Origin: Desulfatiglandales bacterium
GTDB lineage: Bacteria > Desulfobacterota > DSM-4660 > Desulfatiglandales > Desulfatiglandaceae
Direction: 5' to 3'
Assembly: GCA_963662465.1 (NCBI GenBank)
Contig: OY759599.1
Location: 2,048,001 to 2,112,000, forward strand
Length of the DNA stretch: 64,000 nucleotides
Position 1 is the stretch's first letter. The number at the start of each line of letters is the position of its first letter. Both the position numbers and the translations under genes were made by a program. Below are positions 1 to 8,515 of the stretch, in pieces. The notes beneath the pieces are model-generated. The model had not been told where the DNA came from and made no database searches. It saw only the letters and a program-made list of their open reading frames with translations.

Positions 1-545
1 AGCTTCGAAGTTCCCAGGAGATAGACCAGATATTTTTTGCCCGCCTCAAAGGCATCTTTACTCTGATAATGGGCCACCAGCGGATAGGTAAATAGGGTGA
101 TGATTTCATAAAAGAGATAAAGGGTGAACACATTGCCCGCAAAGGCGACCCCCTGGGCCCCGAAGACGGCGATCCCGAAACAGATGTAATAACGGGTCTG
201 GGCGTGTTCCTTGAGGGTCCGCATATAGCCGATGTTGTAGCTGGTGGTGAGTATCCATAAAAAAGACGAGATCAGAGCAAAGACCATGCTCAAGCCGTCC
301 GCGCAAAAACTCACGGTCATGCCGGGAAGGATGCGAAAGAGGGTATACGTATAGATTTTCCCTTCCAGAATGCCCGGCGCCATGGACACCACGGCAATAA
401 ACGTGATGGCGCCGATGATAAAGGAAACGGCCTCCCGGCGGTTTTCATTTTTGGCAAAAAGCCGAATGAGAAAGGGGGCAAAAAATGTCACTGCCACCGG
501 AATGAGGGGTCGGATGCCGGCGATAATGTCAGGGTTTGGGGTCAC
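1..545 (-). CDS. Antiporter-like membrane subunit of complex I (NuoL/M/N-MrpD family); N-terminal part, runs off the window edge
   Basis: Hand translation from GTG at 545: MTPNPDIIAGIRPLIPVAVTFFAPFL...ADGLSMVFALISSFLW...AGNVFTLYLFYEIITLFTYPLVAH. It is hydrophobic, has the FYE..T motif of this family and starts 5 nt after the nuoK stop. Confidence 0.85.
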   Translation of the reverse strand, partial: MTPNPDIIAGIRPLIPVAVTFFAPFLIRLFAKNENRREAVSFIIGAITFIAVVSMAPGILEGKIYTYTLFRILPGMTVSFCADGLSMVFALISSFLWILTTSYNIGYMRTLKEHAQTRYYICFGIAVFGAQGVAFAGNVFTLYLFYEIITLFTYPLVAHYQSKDAFEAGKKYLVYLLGTSK

Positions 546-550
546 AAAAA

Positions 551-859
551 CTACCCTCTCATTTGGGAAATACTGTCGGTTTGACCGTTGTTGAAGCGTT
601 TGACCACCACCAGAATAAGGGCCAGCATCAGCGTTGCTTCAGCCGCCGCCAGACCCATGACAAACAAGGCGCCCAATTGCCCCACAACAGCGTCCCCTTC
701 GGTGAGCTGGGCAGCAGCCACGATGGAAAGCCCGGCCCCGTTGATCATCAGTTCCAGGGCGATGAGCATGCCCACCAGGGTTTTTCGCCGAACAAGGCCG
801 AACCCCCCGATGCAGAACAGGAACAGGCCCACCAGTTGAAATAGCGTCAATGCGGTCAT
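551..859 (-). CDS. nuoK: NADH-quinone oxidoreductase subunit K
   Basis: MTALTLFQLVG...LIALELMING...GLAAAEATL with both conserved Glu residues. ATG at 859 overlaps the nuoJ stop (ATGA); the ORF-track start at 1066 is too long. Confidence 0.92.
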   Translation of the reverse strand: MTALTLFQLVGLFLFCIGGFGLVRRKTLVGMLIALELMINGAGLSIVAAAQLTEGDAVVGQLGALFVMGLAAAEATLMLALILVVVKRFNNGQTDSISQMRG

Positions 860-1377
860 TTTTTCCCCCGCTTGCGCCAGACCACCAGTACCGCACCTGC
901 CATGGCCGCAAAAAGCACCACGGAAATCAGCTCGAAAGGCAGCAGGTAGGGTCCGAGCATCCCCTTTCCCAGCATGGCCGGCGCCACATTTACCGGCATA
1001 TTCAGGCTTCTTTCGGGATGATTGAAAATAACGACTGAGAGGATCACTGCGGGCGCCAGCAGGCATGCCAGGGCATTGACCGCTTTCTTAAGGGAAACGG
1101 GACCGGTCTCATCCCCTTCTGCCGAGGCTCTGGACAACATGATGGCAAAAAAGATGAGTACGCCGATACCCCCTACATAGATGAGGACCTGCATAAAGGC
1201 GATAAAGGGCGCCGCCAGCAACAGATACATGCCCGCAACGGCCATCATCACGGCAATCAAGCCCACGAGGGCCCGCACCAGGCTTTTCGATGTTACGGCC
1301 ATGATGGAACCGATGCAGATGATGAGGCAGTAGAAAGCAAAAGCGCTTTTAGCCAGGATTTCCATTGTTTCGGTCAT
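856..1377 (-). CDS. nuoJ: NADH-quinone oxidoreductase subunit J
   Basis: QVLIYVGGIGVLIFFAIML and YLLPFELISVVL motifs; lies between nuoI and nuoK. Confidence 0.92.
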   Translation of the reverse strand: MTETMEILAKSAFAFYCLIICIGSIMAVTSKSLVRALVGLIAVMMAVAGMYLLLAAPFIAFMQVLIYVGGIGVLIFFAIMLSRASAEGDETGPVSLKKAVNALACLLAPAVILSVVIFNHPERSLNMPVNVAPAMLGKGMLGPYLLPFELISVVLFAAMAGAVLVVWRKRGKK

Positions 1378-1382
1378 GTTTA

Positions 1383-1414
1383 TTAGCTGTTAGCTGTTAG
1401 CTGTTAGCTGTTAG
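1383..1414. repeat. Heptamer tandem repeat (TTAGCTG)x4.5
   Basis: ttagctg ttagctg ttagctg ttagctg ttag, read directly just upstream of the nuoJ start. Confidence 0.9.
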
Positions 1415-1482
1415 TAGCTTACAGATTAAATGCTTCGAAAAAAACAAGATGATCAATATAACAACATGGATTCATTGGTAGA

Positions 1483-1528
1483 AAAACTTAAAACTTAAAA
1501 CCTAAAACTTAAAACTGCGGCTTACCGC
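1483..1528. repeat. Heptamer tandem repeat (AAAACTT)x5 followed by a GCGG-CTTA-CCGC mini-hairpin; related copy at 50007-50040
   Basis: aaaactt aaaactt aaaacct aaaactt aaaact gcggcttaccgc. The second copy reads acttaaaacctaaaactgcggcttgccgccttag. Confidence 0.85.
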
Positions 1529-1536
1529 TTTAGCTA

Positions 1537-2025
1537 TTAGCAGTTAGATCGAAATTTATCAAGAAGATCAAATTTAAAATCATTTTTGTCGGTGCTTGCG
1601 GAATAGGGGTTTCCCGAAAACCGGATGGCCCCCTTGGGGCAGTTTTCCGCGCACAGACCGCATTGGCAGCACACAGTGTAATCATAGGTGAATTTTTCGG
1701 GACCTTTGGGGGCCTTCTCTCCCTCAACTGCCTCCCCGGGTTTCGGGGTCTTTTTTTTGACCACTGAAATGGCCCCCATGGGACAGGTGGAGGCACAAGT
1801 CATACATGCAATACACAGGGGCAGCGTGGGATCTTCCGGGTTGGGAACAAGTTCAATGGGTCCCCGGAAGGTTGCCAGGTTATCCACTTGGACCCTTGGG
1901 TAATGGACGGTCACCTGTTTTGAAAAGAAAAAGGCGCCGGTAATCTTGAGCCCTTTCACCAAACTCCAGAGTCCCAGAACGTCTTCCCCCATTTTTTTCA
2001 GTGCATTCATGAATAATTTTCTCAA
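1537..2025 (-). CDS. nuoI: NADH-quinone oxidoreductase subunit I (2x[4Fe-4S]); start may be ATG at 2010
   Basis: CIACMTCASTCP and CCQCGLCAENCP motifs; VTVHYP...FRG N-terminus; follows nuoH. Confidence 0.92.
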   Translation of the reverse strand: MRKLFMNALKKMGEDVLGLWSLVKGLKITGAFFFSKQVTVHYPRVQVDNLATFRGPIELVPNPEDPTLPLCIACMTCASTCPMGAISVVKKKTPKPGEAVEGEKAPKGPEKFTYDYTVCCQCGLCAENCPKGAIRFSGNPYSASTDKNDFKFDLLDKFRSNC

Positions 2026-2993
2026 AAAAGCTTCATTACCAAGGCCGTCGCCATCAGATTAATCAACGCCGGCGGCAACAGCCATTTCCAATTAAGATTG
2101 AGCAACTGGTCAAAACGGAGACGGGGAAAGGTCCATCGAAACCACATCATAACCAGCAACAGCACATACATCTTGGCCAGGAACCACCAGAACCCCGGCA
2201 GAAAGGGTCCCTGCCAGCCCCCCAGAAAGAGTACCGTGCAAACACTGCACACCACAATCATATTGGTGTATTCCGCCAGGAAAAAGAGGCCGAACCCCAT
2301 ACCCGAGTATTCCGTATGGAAACCGGCAGTCAGCTCGCTTTCCGCCTCGGGCAGGTCAAAGGGGTTGCGGTTGGTCTCCGCTACCGCGCAGATAAAGAAG
2401 ATGAAAAAGGCCAGGGGCTGGCTCACGAAATTCCAGTGCCATGGGTACGGCCCCTGTCTCACCACGATTTCGGACAAGTTCAACGTGCCGTTGTTAAAGG
2501 TCACGGCCAGCACCGCCAGCAGCAGGGGGATTTCATACCCCACAGCCTGGGCCACGGAACGGGCCGCTCCCAGAATAGCCCATTTATTGTCGGAACCCCA
2601 TCCGGCCAGGCAGAGGGCCAGCACATTAACCCCCGAAAAGGCCAGGATCAACAAAAGTCCCAGGTTCACCTCGCATCCGGTGAGAGTCGGTCCGAAAGGG
2701 ATGGGGAGCAGCAACAGCAGCGTCGGCGCAAAGGCCGCAACGGGCGCCAGCCAGAACAGAAAAGAATCGGCGCCATCAGGTTTCAGGGGCTGTTTTGATA
2801 AAAGTTTAACAGCATCCGCAACGGTTTGGAGCATGCCGTGGGGTCCTACCTCAAAAGGCCCCGGTCGCCGGTGAACGTGCCCCGCCACCTTCCGTTCCAG
2901 GTAAACCAGGAAGATCACACTGGCAGCCACAAACAGGGCCGTGGCCACCACCGCAATGATCATCCGGATCAACTGAATCTCGTCAAAGGACAT
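2022..2993 (-). CDS. nuoH: NADH-quinone oxidoreductase subunit H
   Basis: ERKVAG..RRPGP, AETNRNPFDLPEAESELTAGFHTEYSG and PRLRFDQL motifs. Confidence 0.95.
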   Translation of the reverse strand: MSFDEIQLIRMIIAVVATALFVAASVIFLVYLERKVAGHVHRRPGPFEVGPHGMLQTVADAVKLLSKQPLKPDGADSFLFWLAPVAAFAPTLLLLLPIPFGPTLTGCEVNLGLLLILAFSGVNVLALCLAGWGSDNKWAILGAARSVAQAVGYEIPLLLAVLAVTFNNGTLNLSEIVVRQGPYPWHWNFVSQPLAFFIFFICAVAETNRNPFDLPEAESELTAGFHTEYSGMGFGLFFLAEYTNMIVVCSVCTVLFLGGWQGPFLPGFWWFLAKMYVLLLVMMWFRWTFPRLRFDQLLNLNWKWLLPPALINLMATALVMKLF

Positions 2994-3017
2994 GTTGTGT
3001 AAATTACCCTTTCCCCA

Positions 3018-3800
3018 TCAACACTGATCTAAATCGGCTAATTTGGCCTCAAGGCTTTTCATGGGTTTAATGGTTTGTGGTTGATAAATCATATAACTTT
3101 GAACCGGATATCTTGTTCCTTTCTCCTGGGTTTTTTTCAAGCCGTCCAAGAGCAATTCACAATCGCTTGCCGGAAATGTTAGAAACATCTCGGACTCATC
3201 CGTGCCTGCCAGTATGCGCTCTCCCCGTCCGGGATGAACAAATGCAGGCTTACCGGTAAAATGTGGCTTTAAGGCCGAAAGACAGGAAATACCAAATCCC
3301 GTGGTCCTGGATTCAATGAGTTCTCCATGGTGATATAGGTATCCCGCAGCCAATCTGGCCATTTGGGCGGGTGTTCCATAGATCAGCACAATATCGGGAT
3401 CGACCGGCGCCATTTCAAGGGGGAAAAAAGCTGCACCGCCGATTTCCCCTGCAGGTATCAGACCCAGCCCTTTTGTTACCTTCTCCGCTGATTCAATACT
3501 GTCGAAGTAACCCATTTCTAAAAAGTATTCGGAAAGCGGTTTGCTGCCCTCCATTCGTTTAAGGCCCAGCGCCGCAAGACACGGCGTGCAGTTGATATCG
3601 TCCGCTACGGCGCCAAGAATTCGTCCCCAGCGTCTTGCCATCGTTATCCACTGGCAAAGAGAGATCTTAATGCCATACTTTGAGGGTCTGATTGCGCTCT
3701 CCGGAAGTTGGTTGCTATTTTTTACCAATTTCACTCCGAGAGGATAAGATTGCGGTCGAATCAGCTTCGTAATTTCTTCGGAAAAGGTTTCATAATTCAT
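3018..3800 (-). CDS. DUF169 family protein
   Basis: PLGVKL...SLCQWITMARRWG...DINCTP...PDIVLIYGTPAQMARL pattern. Confidence 0.75.
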   Translation of the reverse strand: MNYETFSEEITKLIRPQSYPLGVKLVKNSNQLPESAIRPSKYGIKISLCQWITMARRWGRILGAVADDINCTPCLAALGLKRMEGSKPLSEYFLEMGYFDSIESAEKVTKGLGLIPAGEIGGAAFFPLEMAPVDPDIVLIYGTPAQMARLAAGYLYHHGELIESRTTGFGISCLSALKPHFTGKPAFVHPGRGERILAGTDESEMFLTFPASDCELLLDGLKKTQEKGTRYPVQSYMIYQPQTIKPMKSLEAKLADLDQC

Positions 3801-3918
3801 TTCATTCCCCCCCTTTCAGATACTATCCCCAAACGATAAATTCACCATTGCCATGCACGGACTATGCTTTGAAATCCGTATGACTCATGGCGCCTGGTGT
3901 AGCATCGGGTTCGCATTT

Positions 3919-4182
3919 TTACGCTAATTTGTGAGCGTAGGCATAAATCCGAACTGCTGCTGTTAATTGGTGCTTCCAATCAGATCCTTGAGCTTTGAAC
4001 CAATCGAGAACCTCCGGCTCAATTTCCAACATAACTTTAACTTTCGGCTTTGGCATTCGCCATTTTGCCGTCACAAAAAAGTCATCCGTCAATGGAGGAC
4101 TGTCTGACGTGTCAATCATATCATCGGTCATTGCGTCAATACGCTCCAAATTCGTTTTTGTATAAGTCGAAAATTTTTGCAT
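3919..4182 (-). CDS. BrnA-family antitoxin (orphan)
   Basis: IDTSDSPPLTDDFF...KVKVMLEIEPEVLDWFKAQG.DW. No BrnT ORF upstream. Confidence 0.75.
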   Translation of the reverse strand: MQKFSTYTKTNLERIDAMTDDMIDTSDSPPLTDDFFVTAKWRMPKPKVKVMLEIEPEVLDWFKAQGSDWKHQLTAAVRIYAYAHKLA

Positions 4183-4452
4183 TTAAGTTATCATAATCTG
4201 TTTTGTATGCTTTATCCAACCCTATTTCTTTTCTGAGGTTGAGATGTTTATGTCTTTTCTTCTTATTTCGTATTTTTTGTTTTTCACCTATATTTCAATA
4301 GCTTTCTCGATTAGTGCAAGATGTCCAACCGCAGTTGCATCATGTTCCCGTGGCGTTTCCCCGAGCTGATATGTCACTGCCCTTCAGGCCTGAAACGCAT
4401 GTGGCGCCCCATCAAGTTTCATCTAAGAATTCCTGCGAGTGTTTGCTTTAAT

Positions 4453-4749
4453 TTAGAAATCAATACTCTCAAAATGGTCGCATAGCGCTCCGAGTTCTCG
4501 CGCTTTTCGAGGAGATTTGGCATGATTGGATTCTGCCGCCATCCAACCGGCAAGATCGTTTATTTCATTTTGAGTCATGCGAATGGTATGAACCCCCTCT
4601 TTTCTAGACATCCGGGTTAAAGTTGTTTTTAATTGACCAAAAACAATAGCATTTTTTAAAATTAGGTCGCAGTCATAATCATCAAGTTCAACAGGATATT
4701 TTTCGATATTTTCAGACATAATAATTGCTTCCTTTACCCTTTCAGACAT
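4453..4749 (-). CDS. Hypothetical protein (start 4749 or 4719)
   Basis: 98-aa ORF co-oriented with its neighbours; helical DLAGWMAAESNHAK segment; function not recognised. Confidence 0.55.
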   Translation of the reverse strand: MSERVKEAIIMSENIEKYPVELDDYDCDLILKNAIVFGQLKTTLTRMSRKEGVHTIRMTQNEINDLAGWMAAESNHAKSPRKARELGALCDHFESIDF

Positions 4750-4771
4750 GGCAGAATACCCGTCCGTTTTT

Positions 4772-4799
4772 GTAGAGACAAGGCATGCCTTGTCTCTAC
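4772..4799. repeat. 28-bp perfect palindrome, GTAG-type REP-like element
   Basis: GTAGAGACAAGGCA|TGCCTTGTCTCTAC is exactly self-complementary. Confidence 0.8.
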
Positions 4800-4840
4800 G
4801 TTCCCGCGGGCACCGCCATCATTTTGATTTAACCCTCATA

Positions 4841-5821
4841 TCAATGTTCACGTGGTCCAAGAAAGCGATCTCCATTAAAATGGATCATGTGATCCGGGTT
4901 GTCTGCAATCCAGACCTCTGTTTCCCACGCTATATCCGCCGCATTTCTACGAAATTCCGCTCGGCTCGGAAAAGCAGTTACATATACCCTGCCCACTTTA
5001 CAGGTTGCTAAGGCTTCTTCCAGCTCTACCCATCTTTTAGGGGATACTGGCCCATGACTTGTGACCGCCTCAATCAAAAACAACCAATTGCGTTTCTCAT
5101 CAAAAACCACAACGTCAGGCAGTTTGTCATGTGACATGGGCGGCACTCCGATAGACTCAAGAAACTCACTTTCCAAAATCATGAGTTTACCGCCTTCGTT
5201 TCGACTGCTGGCTGTATCTCCCATATAGAGAAGTCGACCGCCTTCTCCAATAAATCTGGAGCAAAATTCGTGGACGATATCCGCATGCAATTGATTATGT
5301 TTCCCGGGAGAAAGTAAAATTTTCTTCCCATCAGGTAATGTGATGGGGATCTTTTCTTTATCCAGTTTTTTTGCATAAAGATATTTTAGGGCGGTTGAAT
5401 TCTGTTTATACTCTTCAATCTTTCTCCTCCACTCCCCCGCTGGGTACTCTCTCAAAACAGTAAGAATTGACTCATTCAGTGAATAGTTATTATCCTTGCT
5501 ATTTGTGGGACGAGCAGGGTCATCCCGATTCCGATCTACAATTCGGGCTTGTTCAAATTGATGTAATGTCTGTCGGCGGATCGTTTCACGGCTGTTCGGT
5601 TTGTAATCCTGTTTGTAGTGTTTACGGATGAACTGCATGATATCGACTGTTGGGAGCAGTGGTGATGCTGCGTTGCCCCATGGACTTTCCGGTCGAATAT
5701 CCGCTAAAGCCAAAAATACCCATCCTGATCTGTCATTATGTTGTGCCTTTGGTAAACCAAGGGCTTTCAATATTTCCTTGGACTGTTTTAGCTTCTCCTC
5801 TCGCTGTTTTTTGGTGCTCAT
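4841..5821 (-). CDS. BsuBI/PstI-family type II restriction endonuclease
   Basis: [33 protein letters not shown]...[18 protein letters not shown] and [21 protein letters not shown] motifs. Confidence 0.92.
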   Translation of the reverse strand: MSTKKQREEKLKQSKEILKALGLPKAQHNDRSGWVFLALADIRPESPWGNAASPLLPTVDIMQFIRKHYKQDYKPNSRETIRRQTLHQFEQARIVDRNRDDPARPTNSKDNNYSLNESILTVLREYPAGEWRRKIEEYKQNSTALKYLYAKKLDKEKIPITLPDGKKILLSPGKHNQLHADIVHEFCSRFIGEGGRLLYMGDTASSRNEGGKLMILESEFLESIGVPPMSHDKLPDVVVFDEKRNWLFLIEAVTSHGPVSPKRWVELEEALATCKVGRVYVTAFPSRAEFRRNAADIAWETEVWIADNPDHMIHFNGDRFLGPREH

Positions 5822-7308
5822 TGCAGGTTCCGTATCGCCAGTGCGGATTGGACAATCTCATCTACTGACAATTGTTCATAGCCTTTTGCCCTCTGCACTT
5901 CCTTTCCTATTGATATAATCTGATCTCTCGTCGGTAATTTCAAAAGTCGTATTTCCGTGGCGTTCACTTGGGTATTTCCAGATATTGACCGGAAGTAACG
6001 ATCCATAAGCGTAGAATTAAACAACGCAGCCAACCCGAATGCTTCCGTAAGATTCATGTCTTCATCTTTTACGCCGATATAGTTCAAATGATTTTCCAGT
6101 CCAATCAGGTGATTTTTGAATTGTTCAGGGTCATGAATACCTGCGACGAGACGGCGCTTTTCATCTTTAGAACTGAACCGTTTTAGTATTACATAGACTT
6201 TATTGCTGCAAGTGTGTTTTTCGTGCCCTTCCTTCAAAATAAAGCGTGCGTCTTTCCAGTGTTTTCCGGTCCATTCGATGCGAAACGCCTTAACATTGTG
6301 CATTCGCAACAAAGGAATGCTATTCTTTTGGGCCTTTGTTGTAATAAATTCTCTGGTGCGAAACTCCACCACCGGGCCGGTGGAAATATAGTAATTATTT
6401 TCTTCAAAGCTGCCGGGCCAATCTTCAACCAACTTCAGAATATGGCCGTCTGCCGTACTTTCCGGAATCCGAATAATATTATGTCCATTGCTTCCATCAA
6501 TAATCAATTTTTGTGGATAGCGGACGACCTCAGATTCCGCCAAGTCTTCCGCACAAATGCTCGACCCTATTTCTATGGTAGGTTGCTGTTCGTTTTTTAC
6601 GAACTTACAAATAATGTTCTCCTGTAGTACCCCCATACTTTTGAAAAGCCGGTTTCTGGAGCGAAAGATATGAACCCGTTCCAAGCTCATCCGTGACTGG
6701 AGATAGCCGCGAAAGCCTTTGAAATAGAGGCCATTTGTAAAACTGCGCGGAACAATGGCAACCATTTGTCCTCCCGGCGCCAGGCATGACGAAACCACCG
6801 CCATAAAGGATGCGTAAATATTGGGATTTCCCTTGAACAGATCGGCGGTTGCGCCACTATATACGGAGTGCTTGGTGTTATACTTGAAATATGGCGGATT
6901 GATTATTGAAATATGAAAGTTAGGTTCATGTTTATCCGGCCTCGACAATATGAAATCCTCGTTATGAATTTCATATGAGAATTTTCCGCCCTTTTTAATA
7001 AATATTCCAGCCAAGCGATCCAGGTTTTTTTCGAGTGTCGACAGTTGTTTATCGATCTCGAAAAGAATTGCATGAACTCGACGGTTTCCCAGCTCCAAGC
7101 AGCGGCGAGCGGCGGATGTCGTAAGAATTCCTTCTCCGGCGCCGGCATCGAGAATCTTTACCAACTCAACGTTCCCAATGGAATCAAGCATTGATGCCAT
7201 ATAATCGGCTGTTTTGGACTCCGTAAAAAACTGTCCCAGCTCTTTGCTTTGGGATCTGGATTTGAGATCGAATAAGCTAAGTTGTTTTACGGCATTCATA
7301 TTCGGCAC
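5818..7308 (-). CDS. BsuBI/PstI-type N6-adenine DNA methyltransferase (cognate to the endonuclease)
   Basis: [31 protein letters not shown] and [14 protein letters not shown] motifs; 4-nt overlap with the endonuclease gene. Confidence 0.92.
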   Translation of the reverse strand: MPNMNAVKQLSLFDLKSRSQSKELGQFFTESKTADYMASMLDSIGNVELVKILDAGAGEGILTTSAARRCLELGNRRVHAILFEIDKQLSTLEKNLDRLAGIFIKKGGKFSYEIHNEDFILSRPDKHEPNFHISIINPPYFKYNTKHSVYSGATADLFKGNPNIYASFMAVVSSCLAPGGQMVAIVPRSFTNGLYFKGFRGYLQSRMSLERVHIFRSRNRLFKSMGVLQENIICKFVKNEQQPTIEIGSSICAEDLAESEVVRYPQKLIIDGSNGHNIIRIPESTADGHILKLVEDWPGSFEENNYYISTGPVVEFRTREFITTKAQKNSIPLLRMHNVKAFRIEWTGKHWKDARFILKEGHEKHTCSNKVYVILKRFSSKDEKRRLVAGIHDPEQFKNHLIGLENHLNYIGVKDEDMNLTEAFGLAALFNSTLMDRYFRSISGNTQVNATEIRLLKLPTRDQIISIGKEVQRAKGYEQLSVDEIVQSALAIRNLQ

Positions 7309-7358
7309 AATATCAATTTCCTATTTGTTTCATTCGGCTTTATGGAAGTTCAGCAGTT

Positions 7359-7451
7359 TCAAAAAATCTCTGAAGTCTTGGGGGTAAGTGGATCGTATCC
7401 ATAAAGCATCTGCCTCATCATTTCGACCGACGCGAGTTCCCTATCAAACAT
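7359..7451 (-). pseudogene. Probable truncated HEPN/HepT toxin remnant
   Basis: ATG overlaps the end of the MNT gene; reads MFDREL... and stops after 30 codons. HepT genes normally occupy this position. Confidence 0.4.
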
Positions 7452-7749
7452 AAATCGCCTCTATGGCGATACGCTTTTTTAGAAAGGTATTCATTTTCTC
7501 CCGGTAATGAACAATATCAACTTTTGTCTGGTAATCAACCTCAAGTTCTTCCTTTATATGTACCATATTAAAGAGATCCGGCTTGTTCATCTTTACGACA
7601 ATATCCACATCACTATCCGATCCGCACCTCCCTCTGACAAGAGAGCCGAAAACGCCTATAGAAGTAACTCCAAATTCTTTTTCAAATGCCGTTTTTCTTT
7701 TTTTGAGAACTTTAAGCACCTCATCCAGGCTCAAATCTTTCCTGTGCAT
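7444..7749 (-). CDS. Minimal nucleotidyltransferase (MNT) antitoxin
   Basis: IGVFGSLVRG...SDSDVDIVV...KVDIV motif; GGAGGGGG RBS before ATG 7749. Confidence 0.85.
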   Translation of the reverse strand: MHRKDLSLDEVLKVLKKRKTAFEKEFGVTSIGVFGSLVRGRCGSDSDVDIVVKMNKPDLFNMVHIKEELEVDYQTKVDIVHYREKMNTFLKKRIAIEAIYV

Positions 7750-7918
7750 ATTCCCCCCTCTTCTTTCCCTGATGAATATACCTACCAACGACATGCTTCA
7801 TCATTCTCACAACAATCAGAATTTCAATCCAATGAAATTATCAACGTTTTTTGTATTTTCGTTTATCAAAAAACTGTCCTATCGTTGAACGATTGCATAA
7901 GTACGATAATAGTGGGAC

Positions 7919-8029
7919 GATAAACGGCAGCACAAAGACTCGGGGGGGATGAAGGAACTTCCTGCCCCGATGCCTGTGCCAACGATGAGCTAACTTTTTT
8001 GCATGTCCCAGGCAACAGCAAGGTTATAA
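7919..8029 (-). other. Degenerate/truncated attC-like sites
   Basis: Minus strand: the stop of the 8024-8380 gene lies in TTATAAC, followed by a shortened arm and GTTAGCT. A second hairpin, GCACAGGCATCGGGG...CCCCGAGTCTTTGTGC, ends in GTTTATC. Confidence 0.4.
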
Positions 8030-8380
8030 TCTCTTTAATTGAACTGTAAAAAATCGAAAATTCTTATCTTTCATTTCATTGAAGTTTGCTTCTTCAACAG
8101 GTAATCCTTCTTTCCGTGCAAGCGGATAAAACTTTTTGTATGACTCCTCGTCAAACCCATAAGCTGCACCAAAATTGAGGCCTCTCAATATTTCCCCGAA
8201 TCTCGTCTTTTTTACGATATGTCTTTTTTGATCATCTGGATCAAATTCTTTAAGGAAAGCTTTCATAGCTCGAACAGATCCAGATATTACACATGCGTTG
8301 CCTCGATCTCCGGTACATACAACTTCAGTAGGAGATGCAAAAGCAAAATAACCAATTATCTTTCGACTACGATCAGCCAT
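8024..8380 (-). CDS. Hypothetical protein (gene cassette)
   Basis: 118-aa AT-rich ORF with AGAGGA RBS, bounded by attC-like sites. Confidence 0.75.
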   Translation of the reverse strand: MADRSRKIIGYFAFASPTEVVCTGDRGNACVISGSVRAMKAFLKEFDPDDQKRHIVKKTRFGEILRGLNFGAAYGFDEESYKKFYPLARKEGLPVEEANFNEMKDKNFRFFTVQLKRL

Positions 8381-8456
8381 ATGAATTTTCCTCTTTGTGG
8401 TTTTGCTTCCTTGAGACCCTCATCTTTCTTGCTTGTAGATGCTACTAATGGCCTAC

Positions 8457-8515
8457 GGTCAAAGTGCTAATCAGTCGCGCGGCTTTTTGCGTCGGCTGCA
8501 TTAGGCTTGTTGGGC
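8457..8515 (-). other. attC site (R' box degenerate)
   Basis: Minus strand: GCCCAAC AAGC CTAATGCAGCCG ACGCAAAAAGCCGCG CGACTGATTAG CAC TTTGACC. It overlaps the helicase stop; R' reads TTT instead of GTT. Confidence 0.7.

Noticed and set aside
1383..1547. CRISPR array
   Set aside because: These are 7-bp tandem repeats with no spacers. I saw no repeat-spacer array or cas gene in the window.
4183..4450. BrnT toxin gene upstream of brnA
   Set aside because: The frame I translated has several stops and no BrnT-like motif, and the ORF track shows no ORF here.
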